64,000 nucleotides of DNA from Betaproteobacteria bacterium (lineage in GTDB: Bacteria > Pseudomonadota > Gammaproteobacteria > Burkholderiales > Rhodocyclaceae): positions 71,879 to 135,878 of the forward strand of contig SHNC01000215.1 in assembly GCA_004295105.1 (NCBI GenBank). Direction: 5' to 3'. The translations under genes and the position numbers were made by a program. Each line of letters starts with the position of its first letter. The first letter of the stretch is position 1. The notes below the pieces were generated by a model. The model saw only the letters and a list, made by a program, of their open reading frames with translations, had not been told where the DNA came from and searched no databases. Shown here one piece after another: positions 33,254 through 43,598 of the stretch.

Positions 33254-34089
33254 GATGGCTCTCCTTGAGCAGGGTCCGGATGTGCGATCCAGAAAGTGAG
33301 CAGGCCCATCCAGCGGCCGCGCGCCTCGATCCGGCCGAAGCCGGCACGGCGCAGGAAGGCGGGGATCTCGCCGCGCAGGTTCGAAGCCGTCATCGGCATC
33401 AGCAGCATCGGCGCGAAGAGCAGCCACCACAGCGGATTGGCCGGCCGGTCCAGATCGACGATGACCAGCCGCCCGCCGGGCTTGAGCACCCGCCGCACGC
33501 TGCTCAGGCCCATGTCCTTCACGTCCGGTGGCAGGTGATGCAGCATCGCGCTGCACAGCACGACGTCGAACGAGGCATCGGCAAAGGGCAGTGTCTCGAT
33601 GGCCGCGACGTCGAAGCGTGCCGCACTGCCGGCACGTTGGGCACGCTCGCGCGCGACCGCGATCATCGCCGGTGCGGCGTCCACGCCGATGACCTGGCCT
33701 GCCGCTGCCACTGCCTCGGCGGCCAGACGGGTCAGCACCCCCGTGCCGCAGCCGACGTCGAGGACCCGCTCGCCTTGCACGAGCCCCGCGTGGCGCAGCG
33801 TTTCACGCCGGAAGCGATCGCCCAGCCCGAGCCTGGGGCAATACCAGTCGTAGATCGGGGCGGCCCAGCCCAGGGTCACACCGCGCGTCTGGGGCGCACC
33901 CGCCAACGGAAACGCGGGCGAGCGACGAAGCTGGAGGGCCCCCCAGATCAGGATGGCCGGACACACCAGCAGCACGCTGACGATGAATGCTGTTGTCCAG
34001 GTGAGTCCCCAGCCGGCCAGCACCAGCATGGCCAGCAGAACGGCCAGGGCTGGGCAAAGCCAGATCCAGCGATCGAGTTGTCCTTTCAC
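33250..34089 (-). CDS. Class I SAM-dependent methyltransferase (UbiE-like) with an N-terminal membrane hairpin
   Basis: VLDVGCGTG, FDVVLCSAMLHH, VLKPGG; two N-terminal TMs containing WLCP and LVCP. Confidence 0.88.
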   Translation of the reverse strand: MKGQLDRWIWLCPALAVLLAMLVLAGWGLTWTTAFIVSVLLVCPAILIWGALQLRRSPAFPLAGAPQTRGVTLGWAAPIYDWYCPRLGLGDRFRRETLRHAGLVQGERVLDVGCGTGVLTRLAAEAVAAAGQVIGVDAAPAMIAVARERAQRAGSAARFDVAAIETLPFADASFDVVLCSAMLHHLPPDVKDMGLSSVRRVLKPGGRLVIVDLDRPANPLWWLLFAPMLLMPMTASNLRGEIPAFLRRAGFGRIEARGRWMGLLTFWIAHPDPAQGEPS

Positions 34090-34104
34090 GGCCGCGCTCC
34101 TGCC

Positions 34105-36531
34105 TCACGCCCGCCCGATCCGGCTGCGCTTGAGCAGCGCGGAATTGACGATCACGGACAGCGACGACAGCGCCATCGCTGCCCCGGCGATGATGGGGTT
34201 CAGGTAACCGAGCGCCGCGATCGGAATGCCGATCGTGTTGTAGGCAAACGCCCAGAACAGGTTCTGCTTGATCTTTCGCATCGTCGCCCGCGACAGCCGG
34301 ATCGACTCCACCACATCGCGCACGTCGTCGCGGATCAGGATGATGCTGCCGGTCTCCTTCGCGACGTCCGAGCCCGAGCCGATGGCGATGCCGATGTCGG
34401 CAGTGGCCAGCGCCGGTGCGTCGTTCACGCCGTCGCCCACCATTGCGACGCATTGCCCCTTCGCCTTCAGCGACTGGATGATCTCCGCCTTGGATTCGGG
34501 CAGCACCTCGGCAATCACCTCCGAGATGCCCAGCTCACCGGCGATCGCATTCGCCGTGCGGCGGTTGTCGCCGGTCAGCATGACGACGCCGATGCCTTCC
34601 GCGCGCAGGCTGGCGACCGCCTCGCGGGCTTCAGGCTTGAGCGTGTCGGCCACCGCGACGATGCCTACCAATGCGCCTGCGGCGCCGATCAGCATCGCCG
34701 TCTTGCCCTCGGCCTCCAACCGCGCCATCGCCGCTTCGGCGGCGGCGGTGTCGATACGCTCGCGGGCGAACAGGCGGCGGTTGCCCAGCAGCACCTGCAG
34801 GCCCTCGATCTCGCCGCGCACGCCATGGCCCGGCACCGCCTCGAAGTGCGCTGCGGGCGGTAGGGCGATGTTGCGGTGTTGCGCGGCGCGCACGATCGCC
34901 TCGCCGAGCGGATGTTCGGAGCCCGCTTCGAGCGCGGCGGCCTGCCGCAGCACTTCATCTTCGGGCCAGCCGCCGAGCACGACGATGTCGGTCACCGCCG
35001 GCTCACCGCGCGTCAGCGTGCCAGTCTTGTCGAACACGACGGTGGTGAGCTGCTGCGCACGTTCCAGCACTTCACCGCCGCGAATCAGGATGCCCGCTTC
35101 GGCGCCCTTGCCGACGCCCACCATCAGCGCTGCCGGCGTCGCGATGCCCAGCGCGCAGGGGCAGGCAATGATCAGCACCGCGATGAAGGCGAGCAGCGCC
35201 TGCGGGAAATTGCCCACCGCCCACCAGCCGAAGAAGGCCAGGAAGGCCACCACGAGGACGGCGGGGACGAAGTAGCCGGTGACCCGGTCGGCGATGCGCT
35301 GGATGTTGGCGGTGCTGGCCTGGGCGTCCTCGACCAGCTTGATGATCTGCGCCAGCGCCGTCTCGGCGCCGATCTTGGTCGCCCTGAAGCGGAACGCGCC
35401 GGTGCGGTTGAGTGTGCCGCCGATCACCGCGCTGCCTGTCGTCTTCTCCACCGGCATCGACTCGCCGGTGAGCATCGACTCGTCGACGGACGATCCGCCC
35501 TCGACGACCACGCCGTCGGTCGGAACCTTCTCGCCGGGCCGCACGGCGACGATCTCGTCGACCATCACCGTCTCGGCCGGCACCTCCATCTCGACACCGC
35601 CGCGCACCACGTGGGCGGTCGCCGGCTTGAGGTCCAGCAGCTTGCGCACCGCGGCCGACGAGCGCTTCTTGATCATTTCCTCCATGTACTTGCCGAGCAG
35701 GACGAAGGCGATGATCACCGCCGACACTTCGAAGTAGACGTCACGTTCCTCGACCTTCACCGGCAGCACGTCGGGGAAGAACAGCACCGCGACGCTGTAC
35801 AGGTAGGCGACCGAGGTGCCGAGCGCGATCAGGAAGTCCATGTTGATCGTGCGCGTGCGGATCGCGGTCCACGAGCCCTTGTAGAAGCTCCAGCCGCCGA
35901 TGAACTGCACCGGTGTGACGAGCAGGAACAGCCACATGCCCCAGGTGAACCAGGGCAGCGCCGGGATCGGCGCCCAGGTGATGATGGTGGCGCCGGTGGC
36001 CAGGCCGAGGAAGGCGCCCGCGCGCAGGATGGCGAGCGCCAGCACGCCGGTCAGCGCCACGGTGACGCGGGTGCGCATCGACTTCAGCTCGCTCTCGGGC
36101 GACTCGAAAGTGCGCTGGCAGCCGACGCTGCAGAAGTAGTACGAGCGGCCGGCGCGCTCGGTCTTCAGCGCGGTGGCCTTGTCGACCATCATGCCGCAGA
36201 TCGGATCTTTCGCCATGTCCTTGCCCGGCCTGGCCGATCGCGGCGCGTCTCTTGGCATGGCCTCGGTGTGGGAATGGCCGTGTGAATGAGCCGCAGTACG
36301 TGCAGCGCTTGTCGGCTGCGGCGACACATAGCGCGGCGGATCGGCGTCGAACGCGGTCTTGCAGCGGGCGCTGCAGAAGTAATACGTCGTGGCCGCGAAG
36401 GTCGTCCGCAGGGGCGAGTCGGCAGTCACGGTCATGCCGCAAACCGGATCCTTCAATGCACCGCTTGCCGACCGGTCCGAGTGCGGATGACCGGCGGATG
36501 CGGGATGGTCGTGACGGTGAGCCTGGTCCAT
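34105..36531 (-). CDS. copA: Cu(I)/Ag(I)-translocating P1B-1 ATPase with two N-terminal YHS domains
   Basis: Two KDP(V/I)CGM...YYFCSxxC domains, TGES, CPC, DKTGT, HP, YN and MALSS. Confidence 0.93.
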   Translation of the reverse strand: MDQAHRHDHPASAGHPHSDRSASGALKDPVCGMTVTADSPLRTTFAATTYYFCSARCKTAFDADPPRYVSPQPTSAARTAAHSHGHSHTEAMPRDAPRSARPGKDMAKDPICGMMVDKATALKTERAGRSYYFCSVGCQRTFESPESELKSMRTRVTVALTGVLALAILRAGAFLGLATGATIITWAPIPALPWFTWGMWLFLLVTPVQFIGGWSFYKGSWTAIRTRTINMDFLIALGTSVAYLYSVAVLFFPDVLPVKVEERDVYFEVSAVIIAFVLLGKYMEEMIKKRSSAAVRKLLDLKPATAHVVRGGVEMEVPAETVMVDEIVAVRPGEKVPTDGVVVEGGSSVDESMLTGESMPVEKTTGSAVIGGTLNRTGAFRFRATKIGAETALAQIIKLVEDAQASTANIQRIADRVTGYFVPAVLVVAFLAFFGWWAVGNFPQALLAFIAVLIIACPCALGIATPAALMVGVGKGAEAGILIRGGEVLERAQQLTTVVFDKTGTLTRGEPAVTDIVVLGGWPEDEVLRQAAALEAGSEHPLGEAIVRAAQHRNIALPPAAHFEAVPGHGVRGEIEGLQVLLGNRRLFARERIDTAAAEAAMARLEAEGKTAMLIGAAGALVGIVAVADTLKPEAREAVASLRAEGIGVVMLTGDNRRTANAIAGELGISEVIAEVLPESKAEIIQSLKAKGQCVAMVGDGVNDAPALATADIGIAIGSGSDVAKETGSIILIRDDVRDVVESIRLSRATMRKIKQNLFWAFAYNTIGIPIAALGYLNPIIAGAAMALSSLSVIVNSALLKRSRIGRA

Positions 36532-36566
36532 GGTGATTTCCTCGTCGTGGAGCGCGGAGCGTCGTC

Positions 36567-36716
36567 TCAGGTCTTCGCCCGGGGTGGTCCCTGGCGTTGC
36601 GACGCTCCAGGCGCTCTGGAGCAGCAGGAAGAAACAGGGGCCGTCCGATGCGCCTTCTCGTTTTCACGGCACCACTCGCGGAACAACATCCAAAGGGAAC
36701 GCAACCAGTCTTTCAT
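36567..36716 (-). CDS. 49-aa protein with an SCCS motif; first gene of the Cu-ATPase operon
   Basis: [34 protein letters not shown]; AGGAG RBS; downstream of a metal box. Confidence 0.6.
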   Translation of the reverse strand: MKDWLRSLWMLFREWCRENEKAHRTAPVSSCCSRAPGASQRQGPPRAKT

Positions 36717-36794
36717 GTCGGTCTCCTGCATCGCAAAGGCCAGCGAGAGGCTGACCTCCTGATACAAGACTAGTACCGTGAGGCTGTCCGCACG

Positions 36795-36821
36795 GTGACC
36801 CGTCCATTACATTTGCGTCAC
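36795..36821. promoter_or_regulatory. CopR-type box upstream of the Cu-ATPase operon
   Basis: GTGAC-N6-ATTAC-atttg-CGTCAC. Confidence 0.65.
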
Positions 36822-36870
36822 CTTGGCGACAGCTTCGGCCACTTGATACGCATGGTCACCGTCACCGCGC

Positions 36871-39800
36871 TCAGGCAGCCACGGCAGATCGGGACGGGGC
36901 GGACTTCCTGCGCAGCTCCCATTGCTTGACCAGCGCATAGATCGCCGGAATGACGGCCAGCGTCAGCACGGTCGACGACACCATGCCCCCCACCATCGGC
37001 GCGGCGATCCGGCTCATGACCTCGCTGCCGGTACCGCTGCCCCACATGATCGGCAGCAGACCCGCCATGATCGCCACCACCGTCATCATCTTCGGCCGCA
37101 CGCGTTCGACCGCCCCTTCCATGATCGCCTCGTACAGGTCGGCGATGCCGGCCTCGCGGCCCTCTGCCTGCCTGCGCTCGCGGAGTTCCTTCCAGGCATG
37201 GTCGAGGTAGATCAGCATGATCACCCCGGTCTCGGCGGCGACGCCCGCCAGCGCGATGAAGCCCACCGCCACCGCCACGCTCATCTGGTAGTCCAGCCAC
37301 CACATCAGCCAGATCCCGCCCACCAAGGCGAAGGGCACCGACAGCATCACGATCAGGGTTTCGGTCAGGCGGCGGAAATTCAGGTACAGCAGCACGAAGA
37401 TCAGTGCCAGCGTCAGCGGCAGCACGAGCTTCATCTTGTCCTTGGCGCGCTCCATGTTCTCGAACTGGCCGCTCCAGGTGGCGTAGTAACCCTGCGGGAA
37501 AGCGACGTCCTGTGCGACCGCCTGCTGCGCGCGCTTGACGAAAGCGCCGATGTCGGCCTCCCGCGTGTCGACGTAGACATAGGCGGCGAGCAATGCGTTT
37601 TCGGTGCGGATGCCCGGTGCGCCGCGTGTCAGCCGTACATCGGCCACCTGGCCGAGCGGGATCGGTCCGCCCATCGTCGGGATGTAGACCTCGGACGCGA
37701 GCCGTTGTGGGTCGTCGCGCAGGCCGCGGGCGTAGCGCACCGACACGCCGTAACGCTCCAGCCCCTCGACGGTGGTGGTGACCATCTCCCCGCCCAGCGC
37801 GGTGGCGATCGCATCCTGGACCATGTCGATGGTCAGGCCATAGCGCGCGAGCTGGTCGCGGCGCGGCACGATGTCGACGTAATAGCCGCCGGCCACGCGC
37901 TCGGCATAGGCGCTGCTGGTGCCCGGCACCTTGCGCACCGCCGCCTCGACCGACTTGGCCACCTTCTCCAGCGTTTCCAGATCCTTGCCGAAGACCTTCA
38001 CGCCCACCGGCGTACGGATGCCGGTGGACAGCATGTCGATGCGGGCCTTGATCGGCATGGTCCACGAGTTGGCCAGGCCAGGGAACTTCAACGCCGCGTC
38101 CATCTCCGCGATCAGCTTGTCGGTGGTCATGCCCGGCCGCCATTCGCCTTGCTGCTTCAGGTTGACCACGGTCTCGAACATTTCCAGCGGTGCCGGGTCG
38201 GTGGCGGTGTTTGCTCGGCCTGCCTTGCCATAAACGGATGCGACCTCGGGGAAGGTCTTGATGATGCGGTTGGTGGTCGCCAGCAGCCGCCCCGCCTCGG
38301 TGACCGACATGCCCGGCAGCGCGGCCGGCATGTAGAACAGCGTGCCTTCGTTGAGCGTGGGCATGAACTCCGAGCCGAGCTGGCGTGCCGGCACGATCGT
38401 CGCCGCCATCGCGATGACGGCCAGCAGCAGCGTCACCCCCTTGAAGCGCAGCACGGCGCGGATGATGGGGCGGTACAGCGAGATCAGCGCGCGGTTCACC
38501 GGATTCCTCGCCTCGGGCAGGATGCGCCCGCGCACGAAGAACAGCATCAGCACCGGCACCAGCGTCACCGACAGCAGCGCCGCGCCCGCCATGGCGAAGG
38601 TCTTGGTGAAGGCGAGCGGCGAGAACAGCCGGCCTTCCTGCCCTTCCAGCGTGAACACCGGCAGGAAGGACACGGTGATGATCAGCAGCGAGAAGAACAG
38701 CGCCGGACCCACCTCCTTGCACGCGCGCACGATGGCCGCCGTACGGTCGGCCTGCGAGGCACCCGCGGGCAGATGCTCGATCCGTTTGTGCGCGTTCTCG
38801 ATCATGACGATCGCCGCATCGACCATCGCCCCGATCGCGATCGCGATGCCGCCCAGGCTCATGATGTTGGAGCCCAGGCCGAGTGCGCGCATGGCGATGA
38901 AGGCGATCAGGATGCCCAGCGGCAGCGTGATGATCGCCACCAGCGCGCTCCTCACATGCAGCAGGAACACCACGCACACCGCGGCGACGATCAGGCTTTC
39001 CTCGAGCAGCGTCCATTTGAGGTTCGCGATCGCCCGCTCGATCAGCTCGGAGCGGTCGTAGACCGGCACGATCTCGGCGCCGGCTGGCAGGCCGGGGGCG
39101 ATCTCGGCGATCTTGGCCTTGACGTTGGCGATCACGTCGAGCGCGTTCTGGCCGAAGCGCGCCATGACGATGCCGGAGGCGACCTCGCCCTCGCCGTTCA
39201 GTTCGGCGATGCCGCGACGCTCGGCCGGCACCAGCTCGACGCGGGCGACATCAGCGACGCGCACCGGCGTGCCGCGCTCGGCCTTCAGCACGATGCCGGC
39301 GATGTCCTCGACGCTGCGCAGGTAGCCGCGGCCGCGCACCATGTATTCCTTTTCGGCCAGTTCCACGACGCGTCCGCCGACGTCGCGGTTGGAGGCGCGG
39401 ATCGCCTTGGTCACGTCATCGAGGGTGATGCCGTAGCCGGCGAGCCGGATCGGGTCGACGGTGACCTGGTATTCGCGCACGAAGCCGCCCAGGCTCGCCA
39501 CCTCGGACACGCCCTGCGCCTTGGTGAGCTGGTAGCGCACGTACCAGTCCTGCAGGCTGCGGGTGTCGGCGAGGCTCATGTCCTTGCCCAGTAAGGCGTA
39601 TTGGTACACCCAGCCGACCCCGGTCGCGTCGGGCCCGATCTGCGGTGCGACGCCCGCCGGCAGCCGGCCGGCGGCCGAGCTCAGGTATTCGAGCACGCGC
39701 GAGCGCGCCCAGTAGATGTCGGTGCCGTCCTCGAAGATCACATACACATAGGACGCGCCGAACATCGAGAAGCCGCGCACGACCTTGGCGCGCGGCACCG

Positions 39801-40098
39801 CCAGCATTGAGGTCGTGAGCGGATAGGTCACCTGGTCCTCGACCACCTGTGGCGCCTGCCCGGGGTAGTCGGTGTACACGATGACCTGCACGTCGGACAG
39901 GTCGGGCAGCGCATCGAGCGGCGTCTTCTGCACCGCGTAGAGGCCGCCGCCGATCAGGAACAGGGTCGCCAGCAGGACCAGGAACACATTGCGTGCCGAC
40001 CAGTCGATGACGCGGTCGAGCAGTCCGCGGCCGGCGTCCGCCTCTGCCCGCAGATCGCCCTCATTTACCGGAGACGGTCCGGCAGTGCTCGCGCTCAT
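36871..40098 (-). CDS. cusA: Cu/Ag efflux RND transporter (CusA/SilA)
   Basis: LDALPDLSDVQV, GPDATGVGWVYQY, SWTMPIKARIDMLSTG, RVRPKMMT. Confidence 0.95.
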   Translation of the reverse strand: MSASTAGPSPVNEGDLRAEADAGRGLLDRVIDWSARNVFLVLLATLFLIGGGLYAVQKTPLDALPDLSDVQVIVYTDYPGQAPQVVEDQVTYPLTTSMLAVPRAKVVRGFSMFGASYVYVIFEDGTDIYWARSRVLEYLSSAAGRLPAGVAPQIGPDATGVGWVYQYALLGKDMSLADTRSLQDWYVRYQLTKAQGVSEVASLGGFVREYQVTVDPIRLAGYGITLDDVTKAIRASNRDVGGRVVELAEKEYMVRGRGYLRSVEDIAGIVLKAERGTPVRVADVARVELVPAERRGIAELNGEGEVASGIVMARFGQNALDVIANVKAKIAEIAPGLPAGAEIVPVYDRSELIERAIANLKWTLLEESLIVAAVCVVFLLHVRSALVAIITLPLGILIAFIAMRALGLGSNIMSLGGIAIAIGAMVDAAIVMIENAHKRIEHLPAGASQADRTAAIVRACKEVGPALFFSLLIITVSFLPVFTLEGQEGRLFSPLAFTKTFAMAGAALLSVTLVPVLMLFFVRGRILPEARNPVNRALISLYRPIIRAVLRFKGVTLLLAVIAMAATIVPARQLGSEFMPTLNEGTLFYMPAALPGMSVTEAGRLLATTNRIIKTFPEVASVYGKAGRANTATDPAPLEMFETVVNLKQQGEWRPGMTTDKLIAEMDAALKFPGLANSWTMPIKARIDMLSTGIRTPVGVKVFGKDLETLEKVAKSVEAAVRKVPGTSSAYAERVAGGYYVDIVPRRDQLARYGLTIDMVQDAIATALGGEMVTTTVEGLERYGVSVRYARGLRDDPQRLASEVYIPTMGGPIPLGQVADVRLTRGAPGIRTENALLAAYVYVDTREADIGAFVKRAQQAVAQDVAFPQGYYATWSGQFENMERAKDKMKLVLPLTLALIFVLLYLNFRRLTETLIVMLSVPFALVGGIWLMWWLDYQMSVAVAVGFIALAGVAAETGVIMLIYLDHAWKELRERRQAEGREAGIADLYEAIMEGAVERVRPKMMTVVAIMAGLLPIMWGSGTGSEVMSRIAAPMVGGMVSSTVLTLAVIPAIYALVKQWELRRKSAPSRSAVAA

Positions 40099-40099
40099 G

Positions 40100-41671
40100 T
40101 CAATGCCCCCCATGGGCGCTGGTCGCGGGCGCCTGCACCGCCGACATGCGTTCGATGCGGGTGATGACGAATTCGCCCTCGCCGCGCTGCTCGAACTCGA
40201 AGCGCGCCGGCAGCCCCGCGACGATGCCCTTCGCCAGCCCGGGGGCGGCCAGAGTGAAGTCCATCGTCATCGCCGGCCAGTTCAGCGCGGGAATCTCGCC
40301 GTGGCTGATCGTGACGCTGTTCGCCGCGAGGTCGATGGCGTCGATCGTACCCTCACCGCGGTAGGTGGCCGCCGCGACAGGGTCGTGGCCCTGTGCCGCC
40401 TTCCCCGCATGCGGCTCAGCCTCGGTCAGGTTCGACAGCGAGGCCTTGAGCTGGCTCTCCGAGTCGATCAGGAAGTTGGCCGACACCACGACGCGGTCGC
40501 CCGCGCGCAGTCCTTCGAGCACCTCGACGGCATCGGCGCCATGCTGGCCAAGCCGGACCGGTTGCGGCTTGAAGCGCCCTTCGTCCAGGGCCAGCAGCAC
40601 GACCTGGCGCTTGCCGTCGTCGATCACCGCCGAGCTCGGCACGACGGTTCGCGGTGTGGTGTCGGCGACCGACAGGTCGACCCGGGCGAACATGCCCGGA
40701 CGCAGCAATCCTTCGCGATTGTCGAGTTCGAGCCGCACCGGCGTGCTGCGGGTCGCGGCGTTCAGGGTCGGATACAGGTAGGCAACCTTTCCTTCGAAGC
40801 GCCGTCCCGGGAAGGCATCCAGGGTGATGGCGGCCGATTGCCCGACTCTCGCGCGTGCCAGGTCCTGCTCGTATACATCGGCGATCACCCAGACCTTCGA
40901 CAGGTCGGCGATGCGGAACAACGCGTCGCCCGGCATGAAGCGGGCACCCTGCACGGCCACCTTGTCGACCACGATGCCGTCGGCCGGCGCGTGGAAGGTC
41001 TGGCGGGCGGCCGTCTGGCCGGCCACCTCGAGGTTGCGCAGGCGTGCGCGCGTCGCCTCCGCCAGTCGGCGGGCCGATTCGCGCGCCAGCGCATCGCTCG
41101 CGCCGCTGTCGCGCGCCAGCCGCTCGGCGATGCGGAGTTCCTCGCCGGCCGACTGCAGTTCGGGGCTATAGGTGGTGAACAGCGGTTGCCCCTTGCTCAC
41201 CCTGTCGCCCACCGCATTGACATGCAGGCGCTCGATCCAGCCTTCGAAGCGCGGCGCGACGACGACCTGCTTGCGCTCATCGATCTCGACCCGGCCGTTG
41301 GCACGGACCGCCGCCTCCAGCGCACGGCTTTCGACCATTGCGGTCTTGACCCCCAGGGTCTGGACGCGGGCTGCACTCACCGCCACGACGCCGGCGTCGT
41401 CCGGCTTGTCGTCCGCATAGACGGGGACGTAGTCCATCCCCATCGAATCTTTTTTCGGTACCGGCGACGTGTCTGGGAGCCCCATCGGATTGCGGTAGTA
41501 GAGAATCCTGCGCTTCGCGGCAGGCGCCGCTGCGGTATCGCTGCCGGCCGCCGCTTGTGGGACCGGCGCATCGGCCGGGGTGGTGTGCTGGCGTTGTGCG
41601 ATCCAGTATCCCGCACCGGCGGCGAGGACGAGCCCGGCGGTGATCGCCGTGATTCTGAGAACGGAATTCAC
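40100..41671 (-). CDS. cusB: CusB/SilB adaptor with a C-terminal CusF-like domain
   Basis: YYRNPMG...KKDSMGMDY, SANFLIDSES, C-terminal ISHGEIPALNWPAMTMDF. Confidence 0.92.
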   Translation of the reverse strand: MNSVLRITAITAGLVLAAGAGYWIAQRQHTTPADAPVPQAAAGSDTAAAPAAKRRILYYRNPMGLPDTSPVPKKDSMGMDYVPVYADDKPDDAGVVAVSAARVQTLGVKTAMVESRALEAAVRANGRVEIDERKQVVVAPRFEGWIERLHVNAVGDRVSKGQPLFTTYSPELQSAGEELRIAERLARDSGASDALARESARRLAEATRARLRNLEVAGQTAARQTFHAPADGIVVDKVAVQGARFMPGDALFRIADLSKVWVIADVYEQDLARARVGQSAAITLDAFPGRRFEGKVAYLYPTLNAATRSTPVRLELDNREGLLRPGMFARVDLSVADTTPRTVVPSSAVIDDGKRQVVLLALDEGRFKPQPVRLGQHGADAVEVLEGLRAGDRVVVSANFLIDSESQLKASLSNLTEAEPHAGKAAQGHDPVAAATYRGEGTIDAIDLAANSVTISHGEIPALNWPAMTMDFTLAAPGLAKGIVAGLPARFEFEQRGEGEFVITRIERMSAVQAPATSAHGGH

Positions 41672-42987
41672 TTGATGTCCCCTGTGAGTTTCTTGATTTC
41701 GGCGTAGGCCAGGCGGGTATCGAGTTCGGTCTGCAGCGTCTTCATGCGGATGTCGATGAGCTGGCGCTCGGCTTCGATCACGGTGTCGAAATCGACCTTG
41801 CCGCTGGCGAGCGCCGCGCGGCTGGCGTCACGCGTCGCTCGCGCCTGGGGCAGCAAGGTGTGCTCGAGCAGACGCAGGCTGTCGCGCCCCTGGGCGAACA
41901 TCGACCACGCCGTGCCCAGTTCGCCCGCGGTGCGCGCCTGGGCGTCGGCGCGGCGCGCTTCGGCGGCGGTCAACATGTATTCGGCTTCGCGCTCCCTGGA
42001 GCGGCGGCTGTCCTGCTGCAGCGGGATCATCACTTCGAACATCACGTCCCACGAATTCTTGCCCTCGTAGGGACGGTTATTGCGCAGGCCGACGGCGAAA
42101 TCCGGCAGACGGTCTCGGTAGGTGCGCTCGCGCTCGGCGCGGGCGACGTCGATGCCGAACGCGGCGGCATGCACCGCCGGGTTGCGCGCTGCCGCAGCCT
42201 CGAACAGCGCCGCCGGCTCGAGGCGCTCGGGCAGCGCATCGGGCTCGACCGGGGCGGCCAGCGGCGCCTGGGGCGCGCGGCCGAGCACGCCATTGAGTGC
42301 CGTCATCAGGCCATGGCGACGCTGTTCGATTTCGACGGCGGCCAGCCGTTGCGCGGTGATCTCCCGCTGCATGCGCAACACGCCCTGTTGCGGCAGCAGG
42401 CCGAGCCTGTAGCGCGCCAGGCTGAGCTCTTCCAGGCCCTGCAGCAGGGTGAGCCCTTCGCGATTCAGCCCCAGTTCGCGATCGGCGGCGTAGTAGCGCA
42501 GCCACAGGGTTTCGATTTTCGCGGCGAGTTCCGTCCACGCGGCGTCGCGCATCGCGCCGGTTTGCGTCGCCCGCGCCTCGGCCGCCTGCACCGCCAGCTC
42601 GCGCTTGCCCCAGCCGGGCAGGGTCTGGGTGATACGGTAGCGGGTCTCGCCGACCTGGCCGGGCAGCAGCGACGCCGGTCGATCGCGCATCGTCATCGCG
42701 TTGGTGACGTCCATCAGTTCGACCTCGAAGGTCGGATCGGGCAGCGCTCCCGCGGGAGTGACGCGCTCGCGGGCGGCCGCCGCTTCGGCGCGTTCGACGG
42801 CGAAGCCCGGATTGGCCTCGCGCGCATATTCGATCAATGCCTGTGGCGTGGCGCCGAGGCTGGCACCGGCTGTCCCAGGCGGAGACTGGCTCGAAACCGT
42901 CCCGCTGGCCAGGGCGAACGCGAGGAAGAGTGCAAGGACGGCAGGGCGCGGCAGGCGCCCCGTCGATGCGAAGGATAGGGGTTTCAT
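41668..42987 (-). CDS. cusC: TolC-family outer membrane factor of the cus system
   Basis: ALPDP, QTLPGWGKRELA and other OEP repeats; overlaps the cusB start. Confidence 0.8.
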   Translation of the reverse strand: MKPLSFASTGRLPRPAVLALFLAFALASGTVSSQSPPGTAGASLGATPQALIEYAREANPGFAVERAEAAAARERVTPAGALPDPTFEVELMDVTNAMTMRDRPASLLPGQVGETRYRITQTLPGWGKRELAVQAAEARATQTGAMRDAAWTELAAKIETLWLRYYAADRELGLNREGLTLLQGLEELSLARYRLGLLPQQGVLRMQREITAQRLAAVEIEQRRHGLMTALNGVLGRAPQAPLAAPVEPDALPERLEPAALFEAAAARNPAVHAAAFGIDVARAERERTYRDRLPDFAVGLRNNRPYEGKNSWDVMFEVMIPLQQDSRRSREREAEYMLTAAEARRADAQARTAGELGTAWSMFAQGRDSLRLLEHTLLPQARATRDASRAALASGKVDFDTVIEAERQLIDIRMKTLQTELDTRLAYAEIKKLTGDIK

Positions 42988-43123
42988 AGCGGGCGATTGG
43001 GCAGCGTGGCTGCCCTGTGCGTGGCAGGCAGCGCCGCACCCTCACCCGCAGCCTGCCGCCGGCGCGGACAGCGTCGGCGGTAGACCACTCAGGCAGGCAT
43101 GCGCGGCGCCTGCGGGGTTGGCA

Positions 43124-43477
43124 TCAGGGCGTGACTTCGAGGGCGGTGACGGTGAGGGCACCACCGATCTTGTCGACGGTGAAGCGGATCTTGTCGCCCG
43201 CCTTCACCTGTTCGAGCATCGCGGGGTCGGCCGCGCGGAACACCATGGTCATCGCCGGCATCGCCAGCGTCTCGAGCGGACCGTGCGCGATCGTGAGTTT
43301 GCCCGCCGCCTTGTCGACCTTCTTGACCGTGCCTTCGGCGTATTTCGCTGCCGCTTCGGCGGTCGCGGCCGACCCCGCAGGGTGATGCGAATCATGGTCG
43401 GTTTGAGCAAGAACCGCGCCCGGGACAGTGAGGCCCAACAAGACGACAAGCGCGGTCGAGCGAAGCATGGTTTTCAT
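43124..43477 (-). CDS. cusF: CusF-family periplasmic Cu/Ag chaperone
   Basis: IAHGPLETLAMPAMTMVF. Confidence 0.88.
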   Translation of the reverse strand: MKTMLRSTALVVLLGLTVPGAVLAQTDHDSHHPAGSAATAEAAAKYAEGTVKKVDKAAGKLTIAHGPLETLAMPAMTMVFRAADPAMLEQVKAGDKIRFTVDKIGGALTVTALEVTP

Positions 43478-43559
43478 TGGGGGTCGCCTTTTCGATTTGG
43501 GGGTAACGAATGAATTGCCGTGGTGGTCTGCAGTATGCCGAGGGCTGGCCGACAGCAGG

Positions 43560-43586
43560 CTGACGGTTCGATTACATTTTTGTCAG
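43560..43586. promoter_or_regulatory. CopR-type box upstream of cusF-cusCBA
   Basis: CTGAC-N6-ATTAC-atttt-TGTCAG. Confidence 0.75.
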
Positions 43587-43598
43587 GGGGGCATGCCG

